Virus record (IMG/VR): IMGVR_UViG_3300043446_001855
Span: 7,502-71,501 of that record
Direction: 5' to 3' (one strand)
Length of the DNA: 64,000 bases
Source: a virus
Both the position numbers and the translations under genes were made by a program. Shown here in pieces: positions 49,058-60,793 of this stretch. Position 1 is the first letter of the stretch; each line of letters starts with the position of its first letter. The notes beneath the pieces were generated by a model. It ran no database searches and was not told where the DNA came from. It saw only the letters and a program-made list of their open reading frames with translations.

Positions 49058-49776
49058 TCCTTTATCCCGTGAAAGATCGGATTACGATAACGACGTTTAT
49101 TCATTCCGTAATGCTTGATGACACAGGGCTTCCCAATATAGTCCGCCCCGTTGAGTGTCAGCATCCTGCGAGTTTTAGAATCAAATCCAGCGGCAGTTCC
49201 TAGAACCGTCCCGTCTGCCGTTCCGAACACGACCTTGCCAACACCATCAGACCAGCGGCCCTTACCTCGCTCAAGATTGAGGATGACCGCATCCATGTAG
49301 TTGACGTGCTTCCACTTGACCCACGACACACGACCGGCTCGATAGGGAGACAGGAGCGGCTTGCCAATCACGCCCTCCCATTCCTCGGGCACCTCGGGCA
49401 TCTTCTCCTCGGGGAATGCAAAGATGGGAAGAGCATCGGCGACGACTTTACTGAGGAGGTTGAGCCGCACAAGCAGCGACTCGTTGCGGACATCATCACC
49501 GTCATGCTTGACGATATCGAAGGGTACGAACTTAACTGCGCCCCAGTCCCTCTTGGTCAGGGCGGGGACAACATCAGAGAACCTGTCTCCAACGATCTCT
49601 CCGTCGAGCACACACCCAGCCGGAACCTCGATGCCGTGATTGGCATACGAAATGGTTCGCAACTGGATGCGGCTCTCGGAGACAAACGCCCTGACGCCAT
49701 CCAACTTCTGCTGCCAGAGCATGTTTCCCGTAGACTCGGGCAGATCAGTCAGTTCCTTGCACAGGGCGAAGTTCAT
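49054..49776 (-). CDS. minimal ATP-dependent DNA ligase
   Basis: KLDG, LDGEI, FDIV, EGVI and WVKWK motifs; OB-fold tail. Confidence 0.88.
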   Translation of the reverse strand: MNFALCKELTDLPESTGNMLWQQKLDGVRAFVSESRIQLRTISYANHGIEVPAGCVLDGEIVGDRFSDVVPALTKRDWGAVKFVPFDIVKHDGDDVRNESLLVRLNLLSKVVADALPIFAFPEEKMPEVPEEWEGVIGKPLLSPYRAGRVSWVKWKHVNYMDAVILNLERGKGRWSDGVGKVVFGTADGTVLGTAAGFDSKTRRMLTLNGADYIGKPCVIKHYGMNKRRYRNPIFHGIKE

Positions 49777-50625
49777 TTAGACCGTGGTCTTCTTCTTAGC
49801 GGAGGGCTTGCTGGGCTGCACCGCCTTGAGGTTGGCGAGCAGCGCCTCCTTGCTGGCCTCGGCCTTCGCCTTCTTGGGCGCAGCGACAGGAACCTGACCG
49901 CTAGCCTTGGCGTGGACCAGATCCAGCACCGCGTCCTTGAACTCGTTCTTGAATGCGAACGGGTCGAAGGTGCCACGAAGCGAGTCGACAAGAGCAGACG
50001 CGGCCTCGACAAGATCAGCGTCAGCCTCGCCCTCAATCACCGGAGCGGGATTGATTGCATTCGCCGTGTGCAGAGTGGACAGCATCAGACGACCGTCGCG
50101 GTTGTAGACAGCGACAGCCTGATGCTTGTTGCGAAGGACGATATCACCAACGCCAACGCTATCGCCAAGCATCGCGCTGACAAGATGATAACGACCTGTC
50201 GCATGCTCCTCGTCTGCCTTCGTTGCCACGCCAACATAGTAGGTGGCATTGAGCATCAGCGGATCAATCTCGTTCATCGCAACGATGTTCGTGATGTTCA
50301 CAGCCGAAGACTTCTCGGGGAGCAGGGCGTTGATCTCCTCCTGATCAAGCACAACGATCTCGTCCTCGGACAGGAAGAAGCCCTTGCGGATGTCGCTGCT
50401 CTGGAGGGCATCGCACTCCTTGATAGCGACGACCTTCTCGCCCTTGGAATCAAGGACAATCGAGGAGCCGGCAACGGTCGGGCGCTTGGTGCGCTGACCG
50501 TCAGGGCCGATCTCGCAGAAGGTCACCTTGTCCTCACGGTCATTGACCGTCGAGTACAGGGAGATGGGAGCATCGACAATGCCAATGCTCAGGGTAAGGT
50601 TGGACGCACCGGGAGTGGGTCGCAT
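49777..50625 (-). CDS. ku: Ku DNA end-binding protein
   Basis: LSIGIVDAPISLYS, IRKGF, EIDPLML..TYY, LMLSTL, FDP..FKNEF; basic tail. Confidence 0.88.
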   Translation of the reverse strand: MRPTPGASNLTLSIGIVDAPISLYSTVNDREDKVTFCEIGPDGQRTKRPTVAGSSIVLDSKGEKVVAIKECDALQSSDIRKGFFLSEDEIVVLDQEEINALLPEKSSAVNITNIVAMNEIDPLMLNATYYVGVATKADEEHATGRYHLVSAMLGDSVGVGDIVLRNKHQAVAVYNRDGRLMLSTLHTANAINPAPVIEGEADADLVEAASALVDSLRGTFDPFAFKNEFKDAVLDLVHAKASGQVPVAAPKKAKAEASKEALLANLKAVQPSKPSAKKKTTV

Positions 50626-50688
50626 ATTCTTTCTCCTTTTCTTGATTACCGGGCCGGGGCCGAAGCCCCGACCCGGCTCCTTTCATCG

Positions 50689-51714
50689 TCAGACTGCGGT
50701 GAGCAGTCCGTACGCCTTGTCCACGATGGTGGCGTTGCCGTCGCCCATCGTGCGGCGGAAGCGGTTCTCCTCCGCCGAAGCGCGCTTCGTCTTCTTGGAC
50801 GTAGCGAAGTGCTGGTTGTAGGTGGACACGGAGTTGAGCGCCCACCACTTGGTGTTCTTGATCGGCTCCATGTCCGGCAGGTTGACCTGCACGTTGCGGT
50901 TGCCATCCTCAACCCGGAGGTTGTTGTAGGCGATGGAGCGAATCACGTCCTGCGTGTTCGTGGCGATGGTCTTGCCACGCCCCTCCTCCTCGGGCATCGG
51001 CAGGAGGGACGAGAGGAAGGTCTCGAACTCCTGATCGGAGAACGAGGTGTGGAGCATCTCGTCCGCCTTGGTCTCGAACTCTGCCATGTAGTTGAAGACC
51101 ACACCCAGAGCGGTGCGAGCCTCCGACAGACGACCCGACAGCGACGACGTGTGGCGGACCTTGAAGGTGCGCTTCGCCGTGCTGAGGGCGAGGGACAGGG
51201 TGTTCTGGCAGACGACCCGGACAGGGGTCGCAGCCAGCGTGATCGCCGAAGAGCCGTCGTGGCTGTTCGACAGGAGGATGAAGGTGGCGAGATCCTCGTC
51301 GCCGATCTTCACCTCACGGGGCAGACGAGCCAGCAGCGAGACCTTCGCGCCATCCTTGAGCGAGATGACAGCCTCGTACTTGGCCTCGCCGCTGTCCACC
51401 AGATCGTCGAGGAACGAGAGAGCCTCAACGTTCTGAAGGATCTTGTAGCGCTCACCGACGATGGCAAGAGGCTTGAAGTCCTCCGACCGCACGTTGGCGA
51501 CGTAGCCCGGGACGGGAATGAACAGTCCCGTGTCCGGGTTCTTGGCGTAGACCGGCTCCGGCACGATGGGGGAGGCCAGTTCGGGGACGCGCTTGAGGCA
51601 GTCCTCGGCGGTCATCAGACCGTCTACGACAACGCCCAGCCCATGCCACGCGGGCTTGTAGGCATAGGCGGCTGCACCGGTACCATCGGCGCGGATTTCC
51701 AGTTCATGAGCCAT
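50689..51714 (-). CDS. DUF932 phage/plasmid-like protein
   Basis: MAHE, AWHGLG, VGERY..LQN, NSHDGSSA and TPVRVVCQNTL motifs. Confidence 0.88.
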   Translation of the reverse strand: MAHELEIRADGTGAAAYAYKPAWHGLGVVVDGLMTAEDCLKRVPELASPIVPEPVYAKNPDTGLFIPVPGYVANVRSEDFKPLAIVGERYKILQNVEALSFLDDLVDSGEAKYEAVISLKDGAKVSLLARLPREVKIGDEDLATFILLSNSHDGSSAITLAATPVRVVCQNTLSLALSTAKRTFKVRHTSSLSGRLSEARTALGVVFNYMAEFETKADEMLHTSFSDQEFETFLSSLLPMPEEEGRGKTIATNTQDVIRSIAYNNLRVEDGNRNVQVNLPDMEPIKNTKWWALNSVSTYNQHFATSKKTKRASAEENRFRRTMGDGNATIVDKAYGLLTAV

Positions 51715-51755
51715 TTGTGTTCTCCTTTGTTTATGGCTGTTGACTAGGTACAGGA

Positions 51756-51784
51756 AAGATACAGACTTGACGACAAGTTGTCAA
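51756..51784 (-). promoter_or_regulatory. sigma-A type promoter of the DUF932-Ku-ligase operon
   Basis: TTGACA-17 nt-TATCTT; spacer contains the palindrome ACTTG-TCGT-CAAGT. Confidence 0.7.
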
Positions 51785-52103
51785 GCCCGGTTTTAGATGT
51801 CGGTGTCTCTGGTGTCGAAGCAGCGGCAGCGCCGTCGCTTCTCCCGCCAGTCATGGACGACCACGATCAGCGCCCATGTGAGAAAACCGATATAAAAAAG
51901 AATCATGAGGAACGCTGCGACGAATCCCCAGAAGAGAAGACTGCTCGCCATATCCTGCGGGGTCACGAGAAGTCCTCCGGTCGTGCAAACAGCCAGACCA
52001 CACATCCGACTGTCGGAATGGCAACGCACATCCAATGCGGAAGAACCGTGAGCGCATCCATCAGAGCCACGGCGATCATCCACAGAAAGAACAGGGCTAG
52101 CAT

Positions 52104-52829
52104 TTACTCCTCCTTTCCGGTGAACACGAACGGGTTGGTCTTACCCCGCAGTCCACCCTTGGCGTAGAGACCGACGACATGACCAGCCGGGTCAAGGAAC
52201 CGGAGGTCGTCCTTGTCGCCGTTGATAACAGGGTGCCCGTACCATGTCTCAGGCAGCGGGTCACCCTTTCGGACATCAAAGACGGCAGCCACCGTCTGCC
52301 CCTCATACAGGGCTTCGCGGCACTCTCTGGTGTTGGTGCCGGACGCGCTGTAGGTCAGATGATACTTGCTTGTGGGCTGACGCTTGCCGAACGGGTGCTT
52401 GGTGTAGTCATAGAAGATGACCTTGTCACCGTAGGCCTCGATCAGCGTCGTCTTCTCGCCGTTGATCTTGAGAGCGGTACGCTCCCACGGGATGTCGGAG
52501 AAGACGTTGAGCCGGACGCAAGGGATGACGTTATCCTCTTCCGACTTCTTGATAAACTTCTCGATGTCTCGTGAGATTAGATCTGCGAACTTGTCCCGCT
52601 CCTCAAAGAACATCTTGGTCTTGCGGATGCGGCCAGCCATGACTGCGGGATACCGACCGTTGCCGGACGTGGCAACGCAAGCAGGCGGCTTGCACCAGAT
52701 GGTGTGATACTGACAGACGTTCTTGCCAGAGGAGTCAGCCGGAGCAAGCGAGAGGCCACGAATAACGTAGCGGCTCTTGCCCTCCGACTTCTCCAACTTG
52801 GCCGTGGTCGAAAGAAGGTTATAAGTCAT
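52104..52829 (-). CDS. GP88-family phage protein
   Basis: LSLAPA...C...C...C, VRLNVFSDIPW, FYDYTK, YHLTYS and GDKDDLRFLD motifs. Confidence 0.7.
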   Translation of the reverse strand: MTYNLLSTTAKLEKSEGKSRYVIRGLSLAPADSSGKNVCQYHTIWCKPPACVATSGNGRYPAVMAGRIRKTKMFFEERDKFADLISRDIEKFIKKSEEDNVIPCVRLNVFSDIPWERTALKINGEKTTLIEAYGDKVIFYDYTKHPFGKRQPTSKYHLTYSASGTNTRECREALYEGQTVAAVFDVRKGDPLPETWYGHPVINGDKDDLRFLDPAGHVVGLYAKGGLRGKTNPFVFTGKEE

Positions 52830-54468
52830 TCGCTAAGTCCCTCCGCAATCTCTTCGTAGGTAGCCGCCTCGGTATTTACAACCGTTCCGAAGCGGTCGAT
52901 AAGGTCAATGATGATTCCCTCTGACGTAAGCCTGATATTTAGAGAGATATCATTGTTGACTTCGCCGAAGCGGACGGTCAGACGTATGCCACCGCCATCG
53001 GCGCTCCACTCGATGTCATCATCAAACATAGGAAAGACGCTCCTCGATGCGCTTCTGCTTGTCGATATGATCCTCCAGCATACGGATCACCTGCTTGTCC
53101 AGTTCGCTCTGGCACTCACTGTAACCGCCGCCACGCTCAAGAAAGCGCTGGGTCATGTCCCAGTACTTACGAAACAGCGTAGAGTCTGCACGGAAGATGA
53201 TGTCATTCGCCAACTCCTTGCAGCGATCACACTCATCGCAGAACCCATGAGTGAGGATGTCCTCGTGATAGATGTGCACGGTCATGAAGTCTCCTTAGTT
53301 CGACAGTTCATTACTAATCCTCCCACGCATCGTCCGGGATATCAAGTCGGAGGATGTCGAGTAGATGGGCGGCACCGATGTGCCAACCATCCTCCTTCTC
53401 TACTGCATCCCGTGGTGTCGGATCAACACCGAACGGGATCACTACAGTTGCGTCGTAGTGCCCCTTGATGCAGAGATCATAAGCCTGCACCGCAGGCTCA
53501 ACATAATCCTGCGGAAGCGGAGGATAGAAGTTGCCGGACAGGTGGAGGCTAACCACCTGCCGGTAATCCATTGTCTCCGGGAACCAGTTATACGGGGGCA
53601 TTACTCCTCCTCTTTCTCTGCCTCGACCCGCTCAAGATGCTCTTCGCAGCGCCAGCAGTACTCCTCCTCGGCGGAGCCAAGGGTCTCGCCGCAACGCTGG
53701 CACTCGTCGTCCTGCTCGATCAGAACGTGATCGCTGAAGTCGATCTCCAACTTCATGATGCGCTCGCCCCAACCACCAAGGTTCTCGATGGTTGCGTAGA
53801 CCGGGTAGTAGCCGTCACCGATGCCGCTGCTGGCGACAACGGCAAGGTTCCTCATGATCGGACCTGCGTTGTCTTCCGTGTCGCAGGTGGTGCGGCAGCA
53901 CTCCTCGTACTCCTGCTCGCCGAACTTGCCGTCGATCACATAGCACGGATCGACAATCATGATCTGACCGCTGTCAACACCGCAGCGACCGATCTCGATG
54001 GTCTTGCTCATTAGAGAATCTCCTTCTGCTCGGTAAAAGTAATACGGATCGCGCTTGTAAGATCGTTGCGCTTCACCATGTCATAGACATCATCAACGAA
54101 CGTATCAACAACGTAATCAACCAGTTGCTCGTCGGTCAGGGCGTTGTCGCCCTCCTCCGTCATTGCCTCGTTGATCCTGTCCTCGTCAAACGTGAAACAG
54201 ATCTTAGCGTGAATGGTGCGGCTCACGATTCCTCCTCCTGCTCACTCAGTTCATGAGCGGCTTGGTTGATAGTGTGATCCCAGCCGTCCGAACATGCCAT
54301 GTCCTCCCAAGTATCAAGGTCAACCATGTTGTCCAACTCGTCCGGGTCAACCTTGTACTCTGCTGCGGCATCTTCGATATCTCGCCGCTGCCAAATGACA
54401 CATCCTCGAAAATCTGGATGGCGTCTGAGCGCCATGCAGAGGTCGTCAAAGTTATTCGGGTCAATCAT
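52826..54468 (-). other. small hypothetical ORFs (52826-53029, 53022-53285, 53314-53601, 53601-54011 DUF4241-like, 54011-54226, 54223-54468)
   Basis: Coupled ORFs; 53601-54011 carries GVDSGQIMIVDPCY and SGIGDGYYPVY. Confidence 0.55.
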
Positions 54469-54477
54469 ATCTACCTC

Positions 54478-55110
54478 CTAGAACGAAGTCTCGTGGTACT
54501 CGTAAGAGGACTCGGAGTATTCCATGCGGCAATACTCACCCTTGTCGAGAGCGCCCTCGTCCGGCGGCTGATGATCGCCGCGCTCACGCTCAGAGTCGGG
54601 GCTGATGTCGTAATACATCGTGCCGTGAACGCTGAACTCACCGGCGAACGATCCCCACTTCCAGTAGAGCGGAGCGTCGATGAGAGTGAGGAAGTTGTTG
54701 TCCTCCTTCTCGTCGTCGGTGAGATCGACGGTATGCCACTTACCGTCCTCCAAACGACGGTTGGTGCTGTGGTAATGCGTCCGGATGTCGAGTTTGTTGC
54801 CCTCGGCACCAAAGAAGGTATGGCTATCGGCTCCGCCGGAGTCATTGCCGCCGGAGAACTCGATCTCTGCGAAGACAATGCCACGCTTGGTGAACGCCTC
54901 GGTCAGACGAGTCCTATGCTCGCGCTGATCCTTGTCCTGCTTGAGGGAAAGCGCCTTGTAGTAACTAGCGTGGTCGTAGATCCAGCGATCCTGCTCCTGC
55001 TCCTCGCCGTCAACAATAACCGTCTTCGTCTCCTTGCCGACGAAGAAGTCCTTGTAGTCGAAGTTGTCGAGGTCAACCGTCCACTTGCCGATAGTAACGA
55101 TGTCAGTCAT
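54478..55110 (-). CDS. DUF6878-like protein
   Basis: GIVFAEIEFSGGNDSG motif. Confidence 0.45.
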   Translation of the reverse strand: MTDIVTIGKWTVDLDNFDYKDFFVGKETKTVIVDGEEQEQDRWIYDHASYYKALSLKQDKDQREHRTRLTEAFTKRGIVFAEIEFSGGNDSGGADSHTFFGAEGNKLDIRTHYHSTNRRLEDGKWHTVDLTDDEKEDNNFLTLIDAPLYWKWGSFAGEFSVHGTMYYDISPDSERERGDHQPPDEGALDKGEYCRMEYSESSYEYHETSF

Positions 55111-55121
55111 GCTTGTCTCCT

Positions 55122-55550
55122 TTAGACGTTGAGTACACGAGCCTTGGCGGTCATCCAAGGCTCAGGTCGAATGTTGAGGATAAGGGCAGCCATCTTCTCG
55201 CCGTCATCCGTGAGTTGATTGGGGGTCACCATGCCGTGCCACCAGTCATCGAACTTCGGAATGCAATCGAAGTCCTCGTACATGTGCTGAGTAGCAATAT
55301 CCATTACCTCAATGGCAACGCCATCTGAGTTCAGGATCTTGTAGTCGAACAGGTAGTCGGCAATCTCCATGCCAACGTCATGATGACGAAGGGCACGGTG
55401 CCGGAAGTCCGGAGTGCCGACCCAGTGCGGGGCGACGATGTCACGAGTCACGTCAAAGAAGTCGTGAATCGCAATGTAGTCCTGCCACTTGCCGCCGAAG
55501 TGCTCGACGGAAGACTTGGCGTGATCTTCTGCGCTAGCCACAATAAACAT
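55122..55550 (-). CDS. DUF6915-like protein
   Basis: HAKSSV..FGG..QDY..IH, RHRALRHH motifs. Confidence 0.55.
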   Translation of the reverse strand: MFIVASAEDHAKSSVEHFGGKWQDYIAIHDFFDVTRDIVAPHWVGTPDFRHRALRHHDVGMEIADYLFDYKILNSDGVAIEVMDIATQHMYEDFDCIPKFDDWWHGMVTPNQLTDDGEKMAALILNIRPEPWMTAKARVLNV

Positions 55551-58500
55551 CCTTATTCGGGTAGTCGATGATCTCTAGCATTTCGCGCTCGGTCGCACTT
55601 GCCTTGACAAGTTCCTCACCAATCAGGATGTTGTAGAAGTTGTCGAAGTCACCACGACGATATACTCGAAACTCCTTATACACAAAGAAGTTTGCGTAAT
55701 CGCCCTCCTCGTCCGGACCTTCTAGATCCCAGTTGATGCGCTCCTGATTATCCATGATAACCCTCCAGTTCGATATTCATGCACACCTCGTGGGGAACGC
55801 CGAGGCGACCAAGAAGGCGGATGATCCCAACGTTCGGATCAAGCCCGGTCACATCAACCGAACCCACCACACCGACGGGCAGCGGCGAGTCAATCAGCGT
55901 AGCCCAATCCCAATCGCCGGGATCGCCCTGTGTTTCATCCGTCTCAATGGCGACGGTTACAAGATACTCAGACACTGAGTTCCTCCCTGTTCTCGTCGTA
56001 GAAGGAGATGTTGTCCATGCCGCCTGAGTCTACGATCTCGCACACCGGACAGGCAGCATCAAAGACAATGCTCCAGTAATCTCCGATGGAGCCGTTGTCT
56101 TTCGCCTCAACAGCCCTGTCCATAGCCTCGCGGCTAATCCTTGCCTCGTAGGTCACAAACTCATTCCACATCACAATGACGTCACTCATCAGTGCTCCTC
56201 TGCTTCGCCGTCGTTATAATCAAGCGGCTCAACGTAGTATTCATCGAAGTGCTCATCGTAGAACTCCTCGATGTCTGACGGGCTGCCGCAGCACATAGGC
56301 CACTCGCTACCACGAGCGGTGCCCTTGCCGCCACAGTCGGGGTGATGCTCAATCGTGTCGTCGGTCATTAGTCCTCCGTTTCGTAAGAGAGCGGAACAAT
56401 GCTGATGTTCTCAAGGACATGCTCCATGAAGTCCTGCGGCATGTTATTCAGGATGTCCTCGGGATCATCGCAGTCCCAGTTGACATACGCAACCGTCGAA
56501 CTAAACGACGGCTCGAAAATAAGATCAACCTGAAAGATGTAAGAATCCATCATTCCTCCTTAGAGGTTTGCGAGAGTTGTAGAACGGCTTGCGGCGTCAA
56601 GCATGTAGTCGGGAAGTTCACGCATGTCCCCAGCCACATAGTCATCATGACTGATGACTTCACGAACCGCCATAGAAATGTCGGTAAAGTTCTCAACGAC
56701 ATAAGAGTACGGATGATCGCCGATACGTTCGGCATCTGCGATCATCCGGTAAAGAGCATCCGTTCCCGGATCGCCCGGCTCGGTGTAGTCACCAAGGACG
56801 ATGATGCGATCACCAGACCAGCGACCGCAGATACGGCTGTCGTTGATGCGAAGATCGCCGCCGCCACGATTGTGAGAGCAGGCGAGCAGAACAGTGAGGG
56901 CAACGGTGGTACCGCCACCGCTACCCCACTCCAGCATCTTCAGGCCGTTATTCAGAAGATGCGGGTAGATGAACTCGCGCTTGTCAATGTTTACGGGAAG
57001 GTGATACTGACCCATTATGTTCTCCTTTACGCTCCGCTAGTTGCAACGATCCAAAGGAGTGCCATGATGCAACACACTCCAACCAAAAATCCGAACAGAA
57101 ATCCGATAAGTGCTTCTCTGTTCACTCTGCCTCCTCAGTATCCTGTGGATTGTTTAGAGTCATAGCCCACCCCTGATCCATGTCGTGTGCTGCAAAGCAA
57201 TCATCCATGGAATCATAAGGTCCGTATGCTATAAACCCTTCGGACAGGCTGCCGGAGAGCCAAACAACAGCACTCATTAGTCGTAGGTCTCCTCGGTGGA
57301 GTCGAAGTGAGCCTCGTAAGAGTTGACCTCATAGACCTCAACGTCACTGGAACGAGAGGTGATGATGGCGTTGCTGAGGATATTGCTTGCCTTCTCCTCT
57401 GCGTCCTCCTCGTCGGTTGCCGACTCAACGTAGACCGCCATCTCGACAGGCACCGTGACGTGAACCTTATACGCCTTGCAAACGCCCTCGTTGAGAAGGT
57501 CGGAATCGCAGCCAAGGCTGATGAGCGAGTCACGAACCTCGGCAACCGTCGTGCAGCCAGCCTCCGGGCTGAAGTTGCCGGTGTTGATGTCCTCCCACGG
57601 CAGGTTCTCGATGATGCTGCGAATGCTATCCAACTGAGCCTTGGCGTTATGGAACCGCTGGTTGAGGATCTCATAATCGCGCATTGCGACCATATCCGGG
57701 GTGGTCGGCTCGGGGGTGGTGGTATCCATCTGAATCTCCTTGTGGTTTCGGAACTTGTTAGAAAGAAAGACCATTACTACTTGTCCTCGTGAAGAGGGCA
57801 GGTGTCGCCGTCATGCATCACGGTGAACTCCAGATACTCAAACGACATGTCACCGACGGGGGTTTCTCCCAGTAGGACATGAATCCAGCCGGTGCAGCCG
57901 GGGCGCAGGCGAACCGTCACCTGCTCTTCGTTGTAGTCAACAACGAAACGATCACTCTCTGCGTTCTCGGTAATCAGCATGCTTCCTCCACTTCGATGTC
58001 GTTGGACAGGGCGGCGATGTCGAACGAGTAGTGCCGCTTTAGAAACTGGTTCGCCTTGGCGATGATCTGCTCCTCGTCCATACCCTCGGTGTCAGTCACC
58101 GTAGTATGCAGGACAAAGTAATCAGCAACAAACTGAACGTTGTGCATCATTCCTCCTACCCGTAGATGATCTCGTCAAAGATTGCCTGCTGGAGAATGCC
58201 GTCGGCAACTACAGAGTCGTAGCCACCGCCGAAGTCTCCCGTTGCAGCGAACTCGCTGAGGGCACCGCTGGGGTAGCGGGTGTCCCACCCGTTCTCAATC
58301 AGTTCGCTGATTGCGTTTGCCACCCTCTGTGGGGTGATGCGATAGCGAGCCCACTGTTCGTTGTTGTCGGGATTTGCTACCACCGCCCGAATCACATTGG
58401 TCTCCGGATTGAGTCGCAGCACTCCCCACCACGATCCGAACAGGCCTGCATCGCAGGCAAGGCACTCCATGTCCCACGGGGTAATCTTGACGCTGATCGC

Positions 58501-59681
58501 AACCGGGCACTCGGCAAGCACCGTCATGTTTTCTGTGTACATCGTTTCTCCTTTACCAGTTCACGTCGATGTCGAGGGTCTGCTTCTTGCAGTTGGGGCA
58601 GATCTTGTCGCTGATGTCCCGCCAGCCGATGGCGTCGGGGACGTAGCAGCCATCGCGGTCAATGATGTCCAGACCATGCACAGACACCGCGAAGTCGCAG
58701 TTGTCGTCGGTGCAGAACAGTTCGTAGTCCATCATGCCCGACCAGAAGTCGTCGGTGCAGTTGCCCTTGTAGCGGAAGGCGTAGGGCTTGGTGTAGCCAC
58801 CGCGAACATCTGCGCCGTTGTGCAGCATGACGATGAGGAACGGAACGCCGTAGTCGTCCTCCATCTCACTACCCTCAAAGACCTGCGACAGGTGAATGTT
58901 GTCGGGGTCGTTGTAGGTGTTGTAGGTGTTGTGGAACTTGTAGCCGCTTGAGTAGCACAGACTACCAATGGCGAGCCCGCGAATGTCGAACCACGACTCT
59001 TTTGGATTCTCGTCAGCCACCTTGTCGATGATCGCCTGAATCTTGGGGTCGTGCTCAAGGAACTCGCAGAAGAAGTGAAAGATGCTAATGCTTGCGCCCC
59101 AGTCAAGGCAAGCCCTCGGGCTGTTCATGAAGTCCTCAGCGGAGAACTTCTGATTGCGCTGCCATGCTCTTCCTGAGCCACCGCCGCTATCCAGCATATG
59201 GATGCCGGTGTTCTCAGTCATCATGCCGTAGACGATCTCGGCCGTGTCGGTCTTGGTCACGCTTGCTCCTTGTTAGACTTTTCCAGCAGGTACAGGTACT
59301 CCTCAACCACTGAGATAAGAGCATTCTGGTCCCGGTATTCCCACGAAGACATTGCCTCCGACTGCTCTAGGATCAGCCGCACACCGCGACCAAGGCAAGT
59401 GTCGTCGGCAGGCCACAGTGCGTCGATCCGCTTGTGTAGATCGTTGATGCGCTCGGTTTCCGTTTTCATGCCGCCTCCTATCCTCGAACCTGATTGTCTT
59501 GCTGAAACTCATAGTGCCGTGACGCAATAACGATCTCGGCACCGTTGTTCTTGAACCCGCTAGTATTTAGGAAATACATCTCGCCGGGCTTCTTTGCGCC
59601 GCAGTCGATACAGTAGGCATAGCCCGCATCAGTCAGTCGCCGCTCCGGCATATCGTTGCCGCATTCGCAACATGGAATCAA
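55534..59681 (-). other. run of small early hypothetical ORFs (incl. 56560-57015, 57277-57729, 58156-58542, 58553-59260)
   Basis: Densely packed, SD-preceded minus-strand ORFs. Confidence 0.5.
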
Positions 59682-59684
59682 GGT

Positions 59685-59996
59685 TCACTCCTCCTTAGAA
59701 AGAGTTGTTCCGCTGCCCTGATAGCCGTGACGTATCAGCGTTCGCCGCATGTTGTCACGACCAACAGGGTTCGACGTATGGATGTGGACGAACCTCGGCA
59801 GGTTGCCGGTCGCCACCATCCAATCTACGAACTTGATGGCATCGCCGCCGTCCTCTGCGTAGTCGCCAAGGTCATGGTCAAGCGATACCTCGTCCCACCT
59901 GTTCGACCTCTCCACCATCTTGATTGCCTCGTTGACGGAGTAGGCACGCTGCCATCCGGCAGGCGTCATGCGAAGGTCGTCAAGAAATAGTTTCAT
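59685..59996 (-). CDS. cyclic-phosphate-processing receiver-domain protein
   Basis: KLFLDDLR, VSLDHDLG and HTSNPVGRDNM motifs. Confidence 0.8.
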   Translation of the reverse strand: MKLFLDDLRMTPAGWQRAYSVNEAIKMVERSNRWDEVSLDHDLGDYAEDGGDAIKFVDWMVATGNLPRFVHIHTSNPVGRDNMRRTLIRHGYQGSGTTLSKEE

Positions 59997-60250
59997 TTCT
60001 CCACCCAGTTAGCAGTTGCTCCGACACGATGCGCCTCCTTGATGAGAACATCCTCAAGATGTAGCGCCTTCCGCTGTGCTTCGCCTCCCGCCGTGGCGGG
60101 GACGGTCACCTTCACCCTCCAGACGAAGGTGTAGGTGCCGTCACCGTTGTACTTCCTCACATCATCACCTCCAAGGTCGCGGCGAAGATCGCCAACAGGA
60201 CGACTCCCAGCAGGGAGCCGATGATGTTCCACTTCATGTCGTCGGTCACG

Positions 60251-60784
60251 CTAGAACTTGATCTCGGTGCTGGACTTCATGAGGTCCTCCAGCGTGAGCG
60301 CCGTTTCGGCGAGGTACTTGGCGTCCCCGTCGCCGGGGTGGACGACCTGCGGGAAGTAGCCCTCGTCGTAGAGGCGGTCGGAGATCTCCTTCGCCTCGTC
60401 GGAGCCCTTGTAGCCGACGAACACGTCCGCCCCCTCCGTCGAGTCCACGATCTTCTTCGCCTCGTAGAGGGAGAGACCGAAGGCGTCCTTGACGATCTTG
60501 ATCGCCGGGATCTTGCTCTTGTACCCACCCGACCGCCGGAGGATGTAGAACGCCGTCATCTCCGGCATGTTGTCCTCGGGGAACTCCGGGTACTTGGGGG
60601 CGAGCGAGTCGAACTCCGCCATGCCGTTGAGGATCGCCGTCAGGTCGCGGGCGGCGCGGGCAGCCCTCTTGTACTCGCCGTCCAGCACGTCCTCGCTGAT
60701 CGTCGTCTGGAGGACGCGCACCTTGGTGTCCAGCGCCATGAGGACGGGCGTGATCTCGTCGCGGGTGAACTTGTTGTCGATCAT
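60251..60784 (-). CDS. protein with ribosomal L7/L12 C-terminal-like domain
   Basis: SKIPAIKIVKDAFGLSLYEAKKIVDS...EAKEISDRL. Confidence 0.7.
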   Translation of the reverse strand: MIDNKFTRDEITPVLMALDTKVRVLQTTISEDVLDGEYKRAARAARDLTAILNGMAEFDSLAPKYPEFPEDNMPEMTAFYILRRSGGYKSKIPAIKIVKDAFGLSLYEAKKIVDSTEGADVFVGYKGSDEAKEISDRLYDEGYFPQVVHPGDGDAKYLAETALTLEDLMKSSTEIKF

Positions 60785-60793
60785 GATAGCCTC

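Noticed and set aside
49306-51747. 813-aa plus-strand ORF
   Set aside because: Antisense shadow of the high-GC3 ligase/Ku/DUF932 genes; no motifs
56180-56195. CTGATGA as a second hammerhead core
   Set aside because: It is a TGA/ATG gene overlap with no GAAA or stems
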